Both the position numbers and the translations under genes were made by a program. This document shows positions 16,305 through 26,046 of a DNA stretch of 64,000 nucleotides, piece after piece (positions within the stretch are counted from its first letter, which is position 1; the number at the start of each line of letters is the position of its first letter). Origin of the DNA: Nanobdellota archaeon. GTDB taxonomy: Archaea > Nanobdellota > Nanobdellia > Pacearchaeales > GW2011-AR1. Where the stretch lies: assembly GCA_038045405.1 (NCBI GenBank), contig JBBSYF010000001.1, positions 101,175-165,174 on the forward strand, in the 5' to 3' direction. Under the pieces are notes generated by a model. It was not told the DNA's origin. It did not search any database and worked only from the letters and a program-made list of their open reading frames with translations.

Positions 16305-16781
16305 ATGAAAAAAAGATTGACTGAAAAGGAGTTTAAGTCTATTTATACAAGAGTACCTCGTTTGTGTGTCGAAATAATAATTGTTAACAAAAAAGGAATT
16401 CTTCTCACTAAAAGATCAATAGAACCATTTAATGGTTTATGGCATTTTCCCGGGGGAGGGGTGTTCTTCCAAGAAACAATAAACCAAGCTATTAAGCGAG
16501 TAGCAAAAAATGAATTGGGAATAAATGTAACTGTACAAAAATTTTTAGGCTATGCAGAATATCCTCATGATGGTTTTAGACACAGTGTTTCGTTAGTTTT
16601 TAAATGCAAAATTTCTAAAAAAGAAAAACCAAGGGCTATTGAACAAGCAGATGACATTAACTTTTTCAACAAAATTCCCAAAGCAATTATTCCTTTCCAC
16701 AGGAAATTACTGAAAGTTTATCTGAAGAGTCTTTTAAACAAAGACAAGACTTCACAAAGAATAAAAACAAAGAAAAACTAA
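16305..16781 (+). CDS. NUDIX hydrolase (GDP-mannose mannosyl hydrolase-like)
   Basis: PRLCVE, WHFPGG...ETINQAIKRVAKNELGI variant Nudix box. Confidence 0.85.
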   Translation: MKKRLTEKEFKSIYTRVPRLCVEIIIVNKKGILLTKRSIEPFNGLWHFPGGGVFFQETINQAIKRVAKNELGINVTVQKFLGYAEYPHDGFRHSVSLVFKCKISKKEKPRAIEQADDINFFNKIPKAIIPFHRKLLKVYLKSLLNKDKTSQRIKTKKN

Positions 16782-16788
16782 CTCCCTT

Positions 16789-18144
16789 ATGAACTTTCTT
16801 AGAAAAGGTGAGTCTGATATGAAGAATATCTTTAGAAGAATAATAAACAGAGACTTCTCAGGAAATACTGGATTAGCAATAAAAAACAGTACATACCAGT
16901 TTTCCACCAATCTCACTGGAAAATTCGGAGCTCTTATCTTTACAGTGATTTTAGCGAGGATTATTCTCCCTGAAACTTTTGGGTTATACAGTCTAGCATT
17001 GTCTACAGTAATGTTTTTCTACGTCTTTTCTGACTTAGGAGTGAACCAAGCCCTCATTTTTTTCTCAGCAAAAAATCTAAATAAAAACAAGGGGAAAGCA
17101 AAGGCATACATCAGTTATTTGTTTAAAATTAAGTTACTCCTGGCTTTGGCTTCTGCAATAATCTTAATCGTTTTAGCAAGAGCAATCTCTGAGAATTATT
17201 ACAATCAACCAATATTTCTCGTTTTAATTGCAGGTTCACTTTACATGATCTTCACAAGCCTCCAAAGTTTTTACCTGGCTCTTTCCCAATCAAATAACAA
17301 TTTTAGAAACCCTTTAATAAAAGAAATTTTCTTACAATCTTCAAGAATTATTGCCATCCCCTTGATAATTGTTTATCTCAGAAAATTTGGTCCCACAAGT
17401 TCTTCAAATGTTCTTGCCATTTTTGTCTCCTTATTAGTTATTTCTATTCTTTCTTTACTATTGTTGTACTACCTTTCACTTAAAAATCTAAAACTAAAAA
17501 ATATAAAATCTTCTAAGTTAAACAGCAGAGACACAAAAGAAATAAGGAGTTATATTTTCAAGATAGCATTGATTACCTCTTCAATTCTACTGCTTGGTAA
17601 TATTGATAAAATTATCCTTGGCCCATTTGTTTCTCCCGAATTTGTAGGTTACTACTCTGCCGCATTTAGTTTGGTTAACGCCTCCGCATTTTTAATAGTC
17701 TTTTCAGATGTATTTTTTCCTATATTTCTCAGAGCAAAAGGAGATGAACTTAAGAGAGCCTTTGAAAAATCAGTAAGAGTGACATTTTTCATTTCATTCG
17801 CCCTATTCTCCTTTATCCTCATTTTTGCAACACCTCTAGTAAAAACAATCTTTGGAGCAAACTACTCGTCTTCGATCAACATGCTTAGACTACTAGCGCC
17901 TTTGGCTATTTTGTTTCCATTAATAGAACTTTATACTAGTTACATCATCTCTAAAGGAAGTTTAGAAAAGATAAGAAAAATAGTTTTCTTTATACTTGTT
18001 ATTTCAGTAGTGTTGCCTTTCTTGTTTGTTAAACTAATGCTAAATTATGGGCCCACCTCTGCAGTGTTAGGAGTTATCTTTGGGGTTATCTTAAGTAAAG
18101 CAATTCACCTAATCTGCCTGATGTGGGTATCCAGAAAAATTTAA
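16789..18144 (+). CDS. oligosaccharide flippase (Wzx/MOP family)
   Basis: LARIILPETFGLY, SDLGV, NIDKIILG...VGYYSAA; about 12 TMs. Confidence 0.88.
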   Translation: MNFLRKGESDMKNIFRRIINRDFSGNTGLAIKNSTYQFSTNLTGKFGALIFTVILARIILPETFGLYSLALSTVMFFYVFSDLGVNQALIFFSAKNLNKNKGKAKAYISYLFKIKLLLALASAIILIVLARAISENYYNQPIFLVLIAGSLYMIFTSLQSFYLALSQSNNNFRNPLIKEIFLQSSRIIAIPLIIVYLRKFGPTSSSNVLAIFVSLLVISILSLLLLYYLSLKNLKLKNIKSSKLNSRDTKEIRSYIFKIALITSSILLLGNIDKIILGPFVSPEFVGYYSAAFSLVNASAFLIVFSDVFFPIFLRAKGDELKRAFEKSVRVTFFISFALFSFILIFATPLVKTIFGANYSSSINMLRLLAPLAILFPLIELYTSYIISKGSLEKIRKIVFFILVISVVLPFLFVKLMLNYGPTSAVLGVIFGVILSKAIHLICLMWVSRKI

Positions 18145-18153
18145 ATAGATTCT

Positions 18154-18951
18154 TTGAAAAATACTATAATGAAGAAAAAAGAAAAAGAGTTTGAAGATTT
18201 CAAAAAAAAGACATTACATCCAAAAGAAGAACTCTTAGCAATTTTAACTGTAAACCCTCTTACAGTAAGAATAGCTTACTTTATAAAAAAACACAATTTG
18301 AACATTTCTCCAAATCAGGTAACTTCTATTAGACTATTTTTATTATTTCCTTTAATCACCTTCTTGTTATTCCTAGCCCCAATTATGCAATACAGACTAT
18401 TTTATCTTCTTGCTGCAATAGGTGTCTATTTTATGGCATTCACTGATGATTTAGATGGAAACATTGCTAGAGGTTTAGATAAAAAATCAAAGTATGGGGC
18501 TTTTTTAGACAGTATTGCTGACAGAGCGTACACTTTCATCCTCCTAATCTTTATTTTTTCTTTTGGTATGTGGACTAATCACACGCTTTTAATTTATGGA
18601 GCATTATTCGCTCTTACGTTAAAATCTTTTCATTTGATGATAATAAGCAAAGTATACTACTACAACCCAAATTCAAGTGTTACGACTATTTTTCCTGAAT
18701 TCTTTCAGCCAGGAAACAAAGTAATGGTTAGTCTAAACAAGATATTCAAAATAAAAAGATGGTGTGAAAATTTCGGAGGATTTGAAAGAATATTCCTAGC
18801 CTTTATGCTACCGGCGATTTTATTTTATTTTGGTTTTGAATTAATTGTCTTTGTAATGGTTTATGCTTTAACCATTTTCAATATTTACTTTTACCTTTCA
18901 AGAACCAGAAACCTCATTAGAGACTATGAAGGCGTACTAAACAAGAAGTAA
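18154..18951 (+). CDS. CDP-alcohol phosphotransferase
   Basis: ISPNQVT and DDLDGNIAR...G.FLD..AD signature. Confidence 0.92.
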   Translation: MKNTIMKKKEKEFEDFKKKTLHPKEELLAILTVNPLTVRIAYFIKKHNLNISPNQVTSIRLFLLFPLITFLLFLAPIMQYRLFYLLAAIGVYFMAFTDDLDGNIARGLDKKSKYGAFLDSIADRAYTFILLIFIFSFGMWTNHTLLIYGALFALTLKSFHLMIISKVYYYNPNSSVTTIFPEFFQPGNKVMVSLNKIFKIKRWCENFGGFERIFLAFMLPAILFYFGFELIVFVMVYALTIFNIYFYLSRTRNLIRDYEGVLNKK

Positions 18952-18962
18952 TTTTCTTTATC

Positions 18963-19151
18963 CTATTCTTCAATTCTAACTTGCCACCTTTGGTAGTAAT
19001 TCCCCGTCAATTGTTTGTACTCTTTAGATAAACTGTCCACCCTTCTAGAATGTTCTTTAGTTAAATCCATATGCCCTGCACTTAGTCCTCTGTCAAGTAA
19101 AAATTCTAATTCAGATTCAATGTCTTTAATTCTTTTTTGTTCAATAGACAT
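18963..19151 (-). CDS. small helical hypothetical protein
   Basis: 62-aa ORF directly downstream of the radical SAM gene. Confidence 0.5.
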   Translation of the reverse strand: MSIEQKRIKDIESELEFLLDRGLSAGHMDLTKEHSRRVDSLSKEYKQLTGNYYQRWQVRIEE

Positions 19152-19163
19152 CTGTAAAATTTC

Positions 19164-20966
19164 CTAAATCTGTCCAACCTTCTCTTCAAGATTCTTAAGA
19201 GAACCAAATTTTCTTCCAAACCAAGCTATCTTCTTTGCATATTCTGGCACATTTCCCCCAAAGTCATCAGGCGTTATGAGTCTTCTCTTCTGTCTTTGAA
19301 TAACATCATTAGGAATAGAAATAAATCTTCTATTAATCATCTCTTCAACTTGCTTGTAAAAAAGATTAAGATCTCCTGTTACAATATCTAAAAAAGATTT
19401 TTCTTCAAGAGGCCAAACTAGATTCCCATATTTCTGATCTACTTCTCCCCAATCCCCACCGCTTAAAGCTCTATCTAAACTTCTATTTGTACGCACTACT
19501 TGTTGACCAAATACAGTCTCTGGACCTGATGAAAGAAGTCCTTCATAAAAACTTTGGTAAGAAATTCCTTGGTTTTTTAAATAAACAGCAATATCTTGGG
19601 TAAGCCCTAAAATGTGGGATGCTTGAGTTGCCCATGAGAAAAGGAATGTTCTACGAAAATCTTCAGAGGGCATGGAACTAGTTGCTATAACTGTGTCTGC
19701 ATATTCCGTAATAGGATCTTCTCCAGGTGTAGCATGATTCTGTAATATGGGTGATCTGATAGACCTTAATCCGAATTCTTTCATGTACTCTGGATCATTC
19801 ATGCCTGCATTTTCTAGAAGCGTGCACAAATAAATATTAATTCCATTATGTTGACCACTGCTAAAAAGAGTTTCTAATCCTTTCGCAAAAGTTCCGTAAG
19901 TCTCTCCTGGAAGAGCCAATATCAATTCTGTGTAAGTAGGAATACCTGCCCCTTCATATTTTGCAAGTAACTCCGATCTATTATCAAATTTTATGTTTTT
20001 TCTTTTTATGTTTTCTAATACCTGTTCATCTAAACTCTGAAGAGATAATGTAACCCCTATACCCATCCCAGCATCTGTCAATTTTTTGGCCATGTTAAAC
20101 ATTCTCTCATGAGAGTTCTTAGCCCAGTTCGCTCTTAGCTGTTGGGGATATCCCACCCTTTTTTTTAATTCAATTAAGTAATCCGTTAGCTCCTCATCTT
20201 CTTTAAACATTCCAAAATTTGCATCAGCATTGTATATCATTGGAATTTTATTTTCCGCTGTCCAATCATATTCTGCTTTAATACGCTCTTCAGAAAATTT
20301 CCTCACTTTTGTTTGCGTAGCTGACCCCCACTGACAAAATTTACAGGAAAATGGACAACCTCTATGAGTTTCGGAAGTAACGTGGAACTCTAAATCCGGA
20401 TTATTTTTAACAAGATTATCAAATTCTCCAGTCAAATAAGGTGATGGTGAACGTTCTAGTTCCTCAATTGATAGTCTCGGTCTTCCAGGCGTTTTTACAG
20501 AATTCCCTCCTTGGTTTATAGTAAGTCCAGCTATTCCCTCATAATTTGGATTTTCTTTGAGGCGTTCTCTCAAAATATCAGAAAAAATTACTTCTCCTTC
20601 CCCATGAACAAGAAGGTCTACATAAGGATGTTCTTGGAAAAAACCATCAGAGCGATCCGGAACTTGTGGTCCCCCCATGACAATTAATGAATTCGGATGT
20701 TGTCTTCTTGTTTCTTTTGCTAATACCTTGCTCCATTCCCAGTTCCAAGTATAGCTTGAGATACCTACGACATCGGGGCTATCCAAAGATTTTGCAATAC
20801 TATTTGGATCTTCCCTCAAAAAAATTGGAGTGCCAAATCTGTAAGCCTCTTTTAATTCTGGTTGCGCTTTAGCGTGAGCCTGAAGGAGCCCCACAGAATA
20901 AGGCAAAAAAACTTTGTTTTCCCCAAATTTGTTGTTAACTTGAGCAAGGTATACATTTCTTGTCAT
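19164..20966 (-). CDS. cobalamin-binding radical SAM protein (class B methyltransferase-like)
   Basis: N-terminal B12 domain (GISSYTWN, VMGGPQV, HGEGE), ETHRGCPFSCKFC, DANFG. Confidence 0.92.
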   Translation of the reverse strand: MTRNVYLAQVNNKFGENKVFLPYSVGLLQAHAKAQPELKEAYRFGTPIFLREDPNSIAKSLDSPDVVGISSYTWNWEWSKVLAKETRRQHPNSLIVMGGPQVPDRSDGFFQEHPYVDLLVHGEGEVIFSDILRERLKENPNYEGIAGLTINQGGNSVKTPGRPRLSIEELERSPSPYLTGEFDNLVKNNPDLEFHVTSETHRGCPFSCKFCQWGSATQTKVRKFSEERIKAEYDWTAENKIPMIYNADANFGMFKEDEELTDYLIELKKRVGYPQQLRANWAKNSHERMFNMAKKLTDAGMGIGVTLSLQSLDEQVLENIKRKNIKFDNRSELLAKYEGAGIPTYTELILALPGETYGTFAKGLETLFSSGQHNGINIYLCTLLENAGMNDPEYMKEFGLRSIRSPILQNHATPGEDPITEYADTVIATSSMPSEDFRRTFLFSWATQASHILGLTQDIAVYLKNQGISYQSFYEGLLSSGPETVFGQQVVRTNRSLDRALSGGDWGEVDQKYGNLVWPLEEKSFLDIVTGDLNLFYKQVEEMINRRFISIPNDVIQRQKRRLITPDDFGGNVPEYAKKIAWFGRKFGSLKNLEEKVGQI

Positions 20967-21028
20967 AATTTTCTTTTGCCAATTCTAAGTTATTTTTTGG
21001 AATCCTCCGGTAGTTCTATAATTTAATC

Positions 21029-21048
21029 CCTTTATAAGATTTATGAAG
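21029..21048 (-). promoter_or_regulatory. promoter 20-mer CTTCATAAATCTTATAAAGG, identical to 27576..27595
   Basis: Exact 20-nt match ahead of two different island transcription units. Confidence 0.7.
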
Positions 21049-21189
21049 AGAAAGCGTACAAATTAACAATATTCTCTACACTTTTGAAAAGAAATGGTGA
21101 AGATTTAACGATGTAATCGAATAAAATTTTTAGTCATATGCTACTCTATTTCATAATCTTTAAAAAACAATTCACTATCTCCTTGTAAT

Positions 21190-21921
21190 ATGAAAGCTAT
21201 AATTCTTGCAGCAGGAATCAACTCAAGACTAAAAGATTACATAAACATACCAAAATGTTTGCTTCCATTAGGAGATAAAACCATACTTGAAAATCAAGTA
21301 TCTTCATTAATAAAAGCAGGTTTTAAACAGGAGGATATACTTGTCGTTGTGGGACATAAACATGAAATGATAGAAAAAGTTCATAACAACACACTATTTA
21401 ATCCAAAATTTGCAGAGTTCAATAATGGTTATAGTGTTTATCTTGCATTACAGTACATCCTTCATGAGTGTGATTTACCAGAATCAGAAAAAATTTTTAT
21501 TCTGGATGGAGATCTTGTATATGACAATAACTTAATTCTAAAAATCAGTTCATCAGATAACGAAAACATTCTTGTAAACAAACCAATCGATTACAGTTTA
21601 GAACTAAAAGATGAAATTTCTGTTTTAGACAGTAACGGAAAAATCGTAGAATTACAAATCCCTTCTCAGAAAGACCCTCTGGCCCCTGAATACTCTCAAA
21701 AGCCTCTTTACAGTTATGCTGGAATAATGAAAATTTCAAAAAACGTTGCAACACAATTACACGAAAAACTAAAAACCTCTCATCAAGGTTGGTACACTTT
21801 ATCTCTTCCAGAGATTGTTCTTAATAATGATATCTACTCTTTTGAAATCACCGAAGATTTAAAATACTGTTTTGATGTGGATACTAAAGAAGATTTAGAC
21901 AAACTTTCAAACATTAACTAA
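21190..21921 (+). CDS. LicC/PntC-like cytidylyltransferase
   Basis: MKAIILAAGINSRL...PKCLL, NNGYSV, LDGDL, FDVDT. Confidence 0.85.
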   Translation: MKAIILAAGINSRLKDYINIPKCLLPLGDKTILENQVSSLIKAGFKQEDILVVVGHKHEMIEKVHNNTLFNPKFAEFNNGYSVYLALQYILHECDLPESEKIFILDGDLVYDNNLILKISSSDNENILVNKPIDYSLELKDEISVLDSNGKIVELQIPSQKDPLAPEYSQKPLYSYAGIMKISKNVATQLHEKLKTSHQGWYTLSLPEIVLNNDIYSFEITEDLKYCFDVDTKEDLDKLSNIN

Positions 21922-21922
21922 A

Positions 21923-23038
21923 ATGCAAAAATCAAGAAAACCCTTTAAGATGTTTACTGCCGGCCCAGTAAATGTTTCAGATACTGTCAAACAATCGTTA
22001 GCATATTCTGAAATAGGACATAGAGAACCAGAATTTTCTGAGGTTTACGAAAGCATAAGGGGGAAATTGTTACAAGTATTCGGAGCTAATCCTAAAGATT
22101 ATGGCTCTTTTGTCGTCGGAGCGTCTGGCACTGGTGGAATAGAATCTGTTTTGTCAGGTACTGTCCACAGCGGTGGGGAAATGCTCGTTATTAACAATGG
22201 TGCTTTCGGAGACAGAATGGCTGAGATTTGTGAAATATACCAGATTCCCACTCTAAGAGCAGGTTATCAATGGGGACAATATCCCGACCTTAAAGGTGTA
22301 GAAAGATTAATTCTTGAAAATCCCAAAATTGAAGCCGTCTCAATGGTATTCCTTGAAACTAGTACTGGTATGACAAATCCTGTTAAAGAAGTTGGGAAGC
22401 TTTGTAAAAAGTACGAAAAGATGTTCATTGTAGATGCTGTTAGCGGATTAGCAGGTGATCCTTTAAACGTTCAAGAATCAAATATAGACTTCTGTATATC
22501 CAATACCAACAAAGGACTTTCTGGTCTACCTGTAATCTCTTTTGTTTGCGCCAAAAAAAGTTCTGTTGAGAATGTAAGAGACATTCCTCCACGAAATTTT
22601 TATTTGAGTATGTTAAAGCATTATGATTACGCCGAAAAAACAAACCAAACACCAACTACTCCTCAGATTCCACTTTTTTATATGCTTGATCAAGCATTAA
22701 CTGAATTGTTAGAAGAAGGTGTTGACAATAGACACGGAAGATATCGAGAAAATAGTAATATTATGAGGCGTCGCCTTGGTGAACTGGGTTTTAGATTTCA
22801 GCTACCTGCAGAACAAATGTCACGAGTGATGACTAATGTTTTAATTCCAAATAGTCACAAATACGAGGAGTTTCATACTCCTTTGAAAGAAAGAGGGTAC
22901 ATTGTTTATCCGGGAAAAGGCCCTCTTGAAAACAAGATTATACATATTGCAAATGTTGGCACTCATACACTCGATGATGTAAATGACTTTTGTGATGTTG
23001 TTGCAGAAATTGTAAGAGAAAAGCGAGTAAAATATTAA
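21923..23038 (+). CDS. class V PLP enzyme (2-aminoethylphosphonate/serine-pyruvate aminotransferase-like)
   Basis: TAGPV, GHRE, SGTG, ETSTG, VDAVS, NTNKG (PLP Lys), VYPGK. Confidence 0.88.
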   Translation: MQKSRKPFKMFTAGPVNVSDTVKQSLAYSEIGHREPEFSEVYESIRGKLLQVFGANPKDYGSFVVGASGTGGIESVLSGTVHSGGEMLVINNGAFGDRMAEICEIYQIPTLRAGYQWGQYPDLKGVERLILENPKIEAVSMVFLETSTGMTNPVKEVGKLCKKYEKMFIVDAVSGLAGDPLNVQESNIDFCISNTNKGLSGLPVISFVCAKKSSVENVRDIPPRNFYLSMLKHYDYAEKTNQTPTTPQIPLFYMLDQALTELLEEGVDNRHGRYRENSNIMRRRLGELGFRFQLPAEQMSRVMTNVLIPNSHKYEEFHTPLKERGYIVYPGKGPLENKIIHIANVGTHTLDDVNDFCDVVAEIVREKRVKY

Positions 23039-23039
23039 C

Positions 23040-24155
23040 TTATTTCTCTTCCCTTTTTCTTTCAGGAAATAATCTTTGTATTTCTTCCTCAGATGCCCCG
23101 CAGATTCCTCTTTCAGTAATCAATCCGGTTATCAATCTAGCCGGAGTCACGTCAAAACCGTAATTTACAGCAGGGCTTTCTTCAGGAGTTACTAAAACTC
23201 TTTTCAATTCTCCCTCATGTAAACCTTCAACATAACTTACTTCCTCGGCATCCCTTTCTTCAATAGGAATTTCTTTCACTCCATCTTTAAGATTCCAATC
23301 AAAAGTTGATGAAGGGAGGGCAACGTAGAAAGGAACATTATTGTCTTTTGCAGATAATGCCTTAAGATATGTCCCTATCTTGTTAGCAACATCTCCAGTG
23401 TGGGTAACTCTATCTGCACCGACGATACAAGCATCTACCATTCCGTGTTGCATCAAATGTCCTCCAACATTATCCGAGATTACATGGTGTGGAACTCTAT
23501 GATTGAGTAACTCCCATGCTGTTAGTTTAGCTCCCTGATTTCTAGGTCTTGTTTCATCAACCCAAACATGAACTTTTATTCCAGCATCAAATGCAGCATA
23601 AACTGGAGCAAGTGCAGAACCGTAATCTACAAATGCTAACCAACCCGCATTACAGTGTGTTAGAATATTTACTGGTTCTCCACTTTTCTCTTTGCTTAGT
23701 CTTTTGATTATCTCTAAACCCTCTTGCCCAATTCTTCTACAGTATTCTGCATCCTCATCAGCAATTTTATTTGCCGTCTTTAATGCAACTTCTACTTTTT
23801 CTTCAAGCCCATTTACAGAGCTTATTTCTTTTATCTGTCTGTCGACGGCCAATGCAAGATTAATAGCTGTAGGTCTTGTTCTTTTAAGTTTTTCTCCAGA
23901 CTTTATCAAAAAGTTATCAAAATTATGGCTAGGGGCCTCAAGAGCTGCAAGGTACATTCCATATCCTGCTGTGGCTCCGATAAGACCTGCACCCCTCACA
24001 TGCATATCCTTAATTGCTGTTGTTGCATCTCTAACGGTTCTTAAATTTTCAATTACAAATTTATGTGGAAGATATCTCTGATCTATTATTTTGACTGTGG
24101 AATTCTCTTCTTCTGATAACCAAATTGTTTTGTAAGGAATACCTTTTACTCTCAT
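23040..24155 (-). CDS. mtnA: methylthioribose-1-phosphate / 5-deoxyribose-1-phosphate isomerase
   Basis: IDQRYLP, MHVRGA, RPTAINL, ILTHCNAGWLA, DETRPRNQGAKLT, ANKIGTY. Confidence 0.95.
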   Translation of the reverse strand: MRVKGIPYKTIWLSEEENSTVKIIDQRYLPHKFVIENLRTVRDATTAIKDMHVRGAGLIGATAGYGMYLAALEAPSHNFDNFLIKSGEKLKRTRPTAINLALAVDRQIKEISSVNGLEEKVEVALKTANKIADEDAEYCRRIGQEGLEIIKRLSKEKSGEPVNILTHCNAGWLAFVDYGSALAPVYAAFDAGIKVHVWVDETRPRNQGAKLTAWELLNHRVPHHVISDNVGGHLMQHGMVDACIVGADRVTHTGDVANKIGTYLKALSAKDNNVPFYVALPSSTFDWNLKDGVKEIPIEERDAEEVSYVEGLHEGELKRVLVTPEESPAVNYGFDVTPARLITGLITERGICGASEEEIQRLFPERKREEK

Positions 24156-24275
24156 ATAACCAAGGCTAAGAGGACATCTTTAAAACTCTTATGATACAAA
24201 AAACTAGTAAATTCTATTATGTACTTCTCTTTAATAAACTTTAATAAGGATATTTCAAAAGTATTTTTGTATAAG

Positions 24276-25508
24276 ATGATACTTTATTTTGATAATCGAA
24301 TAACTGACATTCAGCTGATGCCGAAAGGTTCCTACGCAGAACTTGACACAATTAGGGAATCTAATTCTAATTATAAGTTTCAAGATAGACTAGCCGTTAC
24401 AATGTACTCTCTTGCAAGCCATGCAGATATTCCATGGACAGATGTGATTATTAAGTACGAACTCTCTCCGGCGAACAAGAAGAAACAAAAAATATTTGAA
24501 AAATTTGTAAAAAAGATATGGCCCGAAGCCAAAATTATTTATGGGCAAAGTGTTAAAATAAGTCAGTATAGAGAAATCGCTAAAATAATAAACAACAGCA
24601 AAGACAATTGGATTTTTTATGCTGCTAATAATGATCATCCTTTTATGTCTCCTGATAAAGAAATGCTCAACAAATGTCTCAGAAAAGCTGAAGAATTGAC
24701 TAAAAAGCACAAGTATGTTTCAGTTGTTTATTCCCATTTTCCTGAACCATTACATATGGCTAGAGAAGGAACAACGCTTCATGATATAGGATTCCCAGCC
24801 TCAAAAATACTTGAAGAGAATAAAGATACCATAGTGGCTTTATTCCCAAAAGGGTATACTACTTCGATGCAAATTGCCAACAAAAATTTGTTTAATCATT
24901 GGGTCAATGGAAATATTCCTGAATCTGCACCAATATGGAAACTAGAAAATGTTTATAATTATATTCCTAAAAGAAAAAGGCCGCCCCAAATACTAGTATT
25001 ACCAAAAAGGCCGCTTTTTGCTCACTTTGATGGATACAGCCATAACAAAGGAACGGGATATCTTGTTTCTGCCTCACTTGTTCCCCCCTTATTTATTCCA
25101 CCCGGATTTTTTGAAAATAAAATAAAAATAGCTTATGGGTATGACAAAATGAGGGAAGGATGGGTTAACATAAATCCTTTAAAGAAAAAATATTCTTTTG
25201 AAGATTCTGTTAACGGAACAGATTTAATGATAACCTTGAAAGATTTACCCTTGTTTTGGAAAAATAGAATAAAAGAAATAGACATTAATCCAAAAGCCGA
25301 CTTAAAAAAGTTGGAAGATGCTGCAGCTAGAAGAAAAAATAAAATAGAGAATGCTTACTTCAAAAGAAGTATTTGGAATTTTCCCCTTTATGAAGCATAT
25401 GTCTATCAATTTCGAATAAGAAATTTGATAAAAAGAGTGCTTTCAACAATTAAGCCGATTAAAGAAACAATAAGAAAGATAGAGATAAAATACAAGATAA
25501 AATTGTGA
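24276..25508 (+). CDS. hypothetical protein, possibly glycosyltransferase-like
   Basis: Long ORF in the glycan island; WIFYAANNDHPF and FAHFDGY motifs; start could also be 24219. Confidence 0.6.
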   Translation: MILYFDNRITDIQLMPKGSYAELDTIRESNSNYKFQDRLAVTMYSLASHADIPWTDVIIKYELSPANKKKQKIFEKFVKKIWPEAKIIYGQSVKISQYREIAKIINNSKDNWIFYAANNDHPFMSPDKEMLNKCLRKAEELTKKHKYVSVVYSHFPEPLHMAREGTTLHDIGFPASKILEENKDTIVALFPKGYTTSMQIANKNLFNHWVNGNIPESAPIWKLENVYNYIPKRKRPPQILVLPKRPLFAHFDGYSHNKGTGYLVSASLVPPLFIPPGFFENKIKIAYGYDKMREGWVNINPLKKKYSFEDSVNGTDLMITLKDLPLFWKNRIKEIDINPKADLKKLEDAAARRKNKIENAYFKRSIWNFPLYEAYVYQFRIRNLIKRVLSTIKPIKETIRKIEIKYKIKL

Positions 25509-25562
25509 TTTAATACAACTTATTATCATAATCTTTATAAGTTAGAACAAAGAGCAATTATT

Positions 25563-26045
25563 ATGGAAGAGTCTAAGAAAAAACTTAATCTGATAATAGA
25601 CATTGACGGAGTAATGACTACTGGTCAATTCCTCTATTCTGAAAAAGGCAAAGCGTTCAAAGTCTTTGGCCCTCATGACTCGGACGGCCTTAAAATAATA
25701 AAAGATAAAATCAACATCCTCTTCATAACTGCAGACAAACGCGGTTTTAAAATCTCTAAAAAAAGAATCGACGACATGGGATACAAAATTGAACTTGTCA
25801 AGGACGGAAGCAGGTATGAATGGATAAAAAGTAATTTTGGTCTTGAAAATGTAATCTTCATTGGGGATGGGATTTCTGATGCTTTGGTAATCAGAGATTG
25901 TAGGTTTGGGATTGCTCCTGCAAATGCAAGAGTTGAAGCAAAGAAGTGGGCAAAGTACATAACACCCTCCAAATCAGCTGAAGGTGCTGTTTGTGATGCA
26001 TGCATAAAAATTAATAAGGTTTTCTTCGGTGGTAAGAACAATTAA
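25563..26045 (+). CDS. HAD phosphatase, KdsC/YrbI family
   Basis: DIDGVMT, K.F...D..G, FIGDGISD, GAV.D. Confidence 0.88.
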   Translation: MEESKKKLNLIIDIDGVMTTGQFLYSEKGKAFKVFGPHDSDGLKIIKDKINILFITADKRGFKISKKRIDDMGYKIELVKDGSRYEWIKSNFGLENVIFIGDGISDALVIRDCRFGIAPANARVEAKKWAKYITPSKSAEGAVCDACIKINKVFFGGKNN

Positions 26046-26046
26046 T

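Noticed and set aside
21190..23038. Complete phosphonate biosynthesis cluster
   Set aside because: No PEP mutase (EDKxxxxxNS) or phosphonopyruvate decarboxylase in the window.
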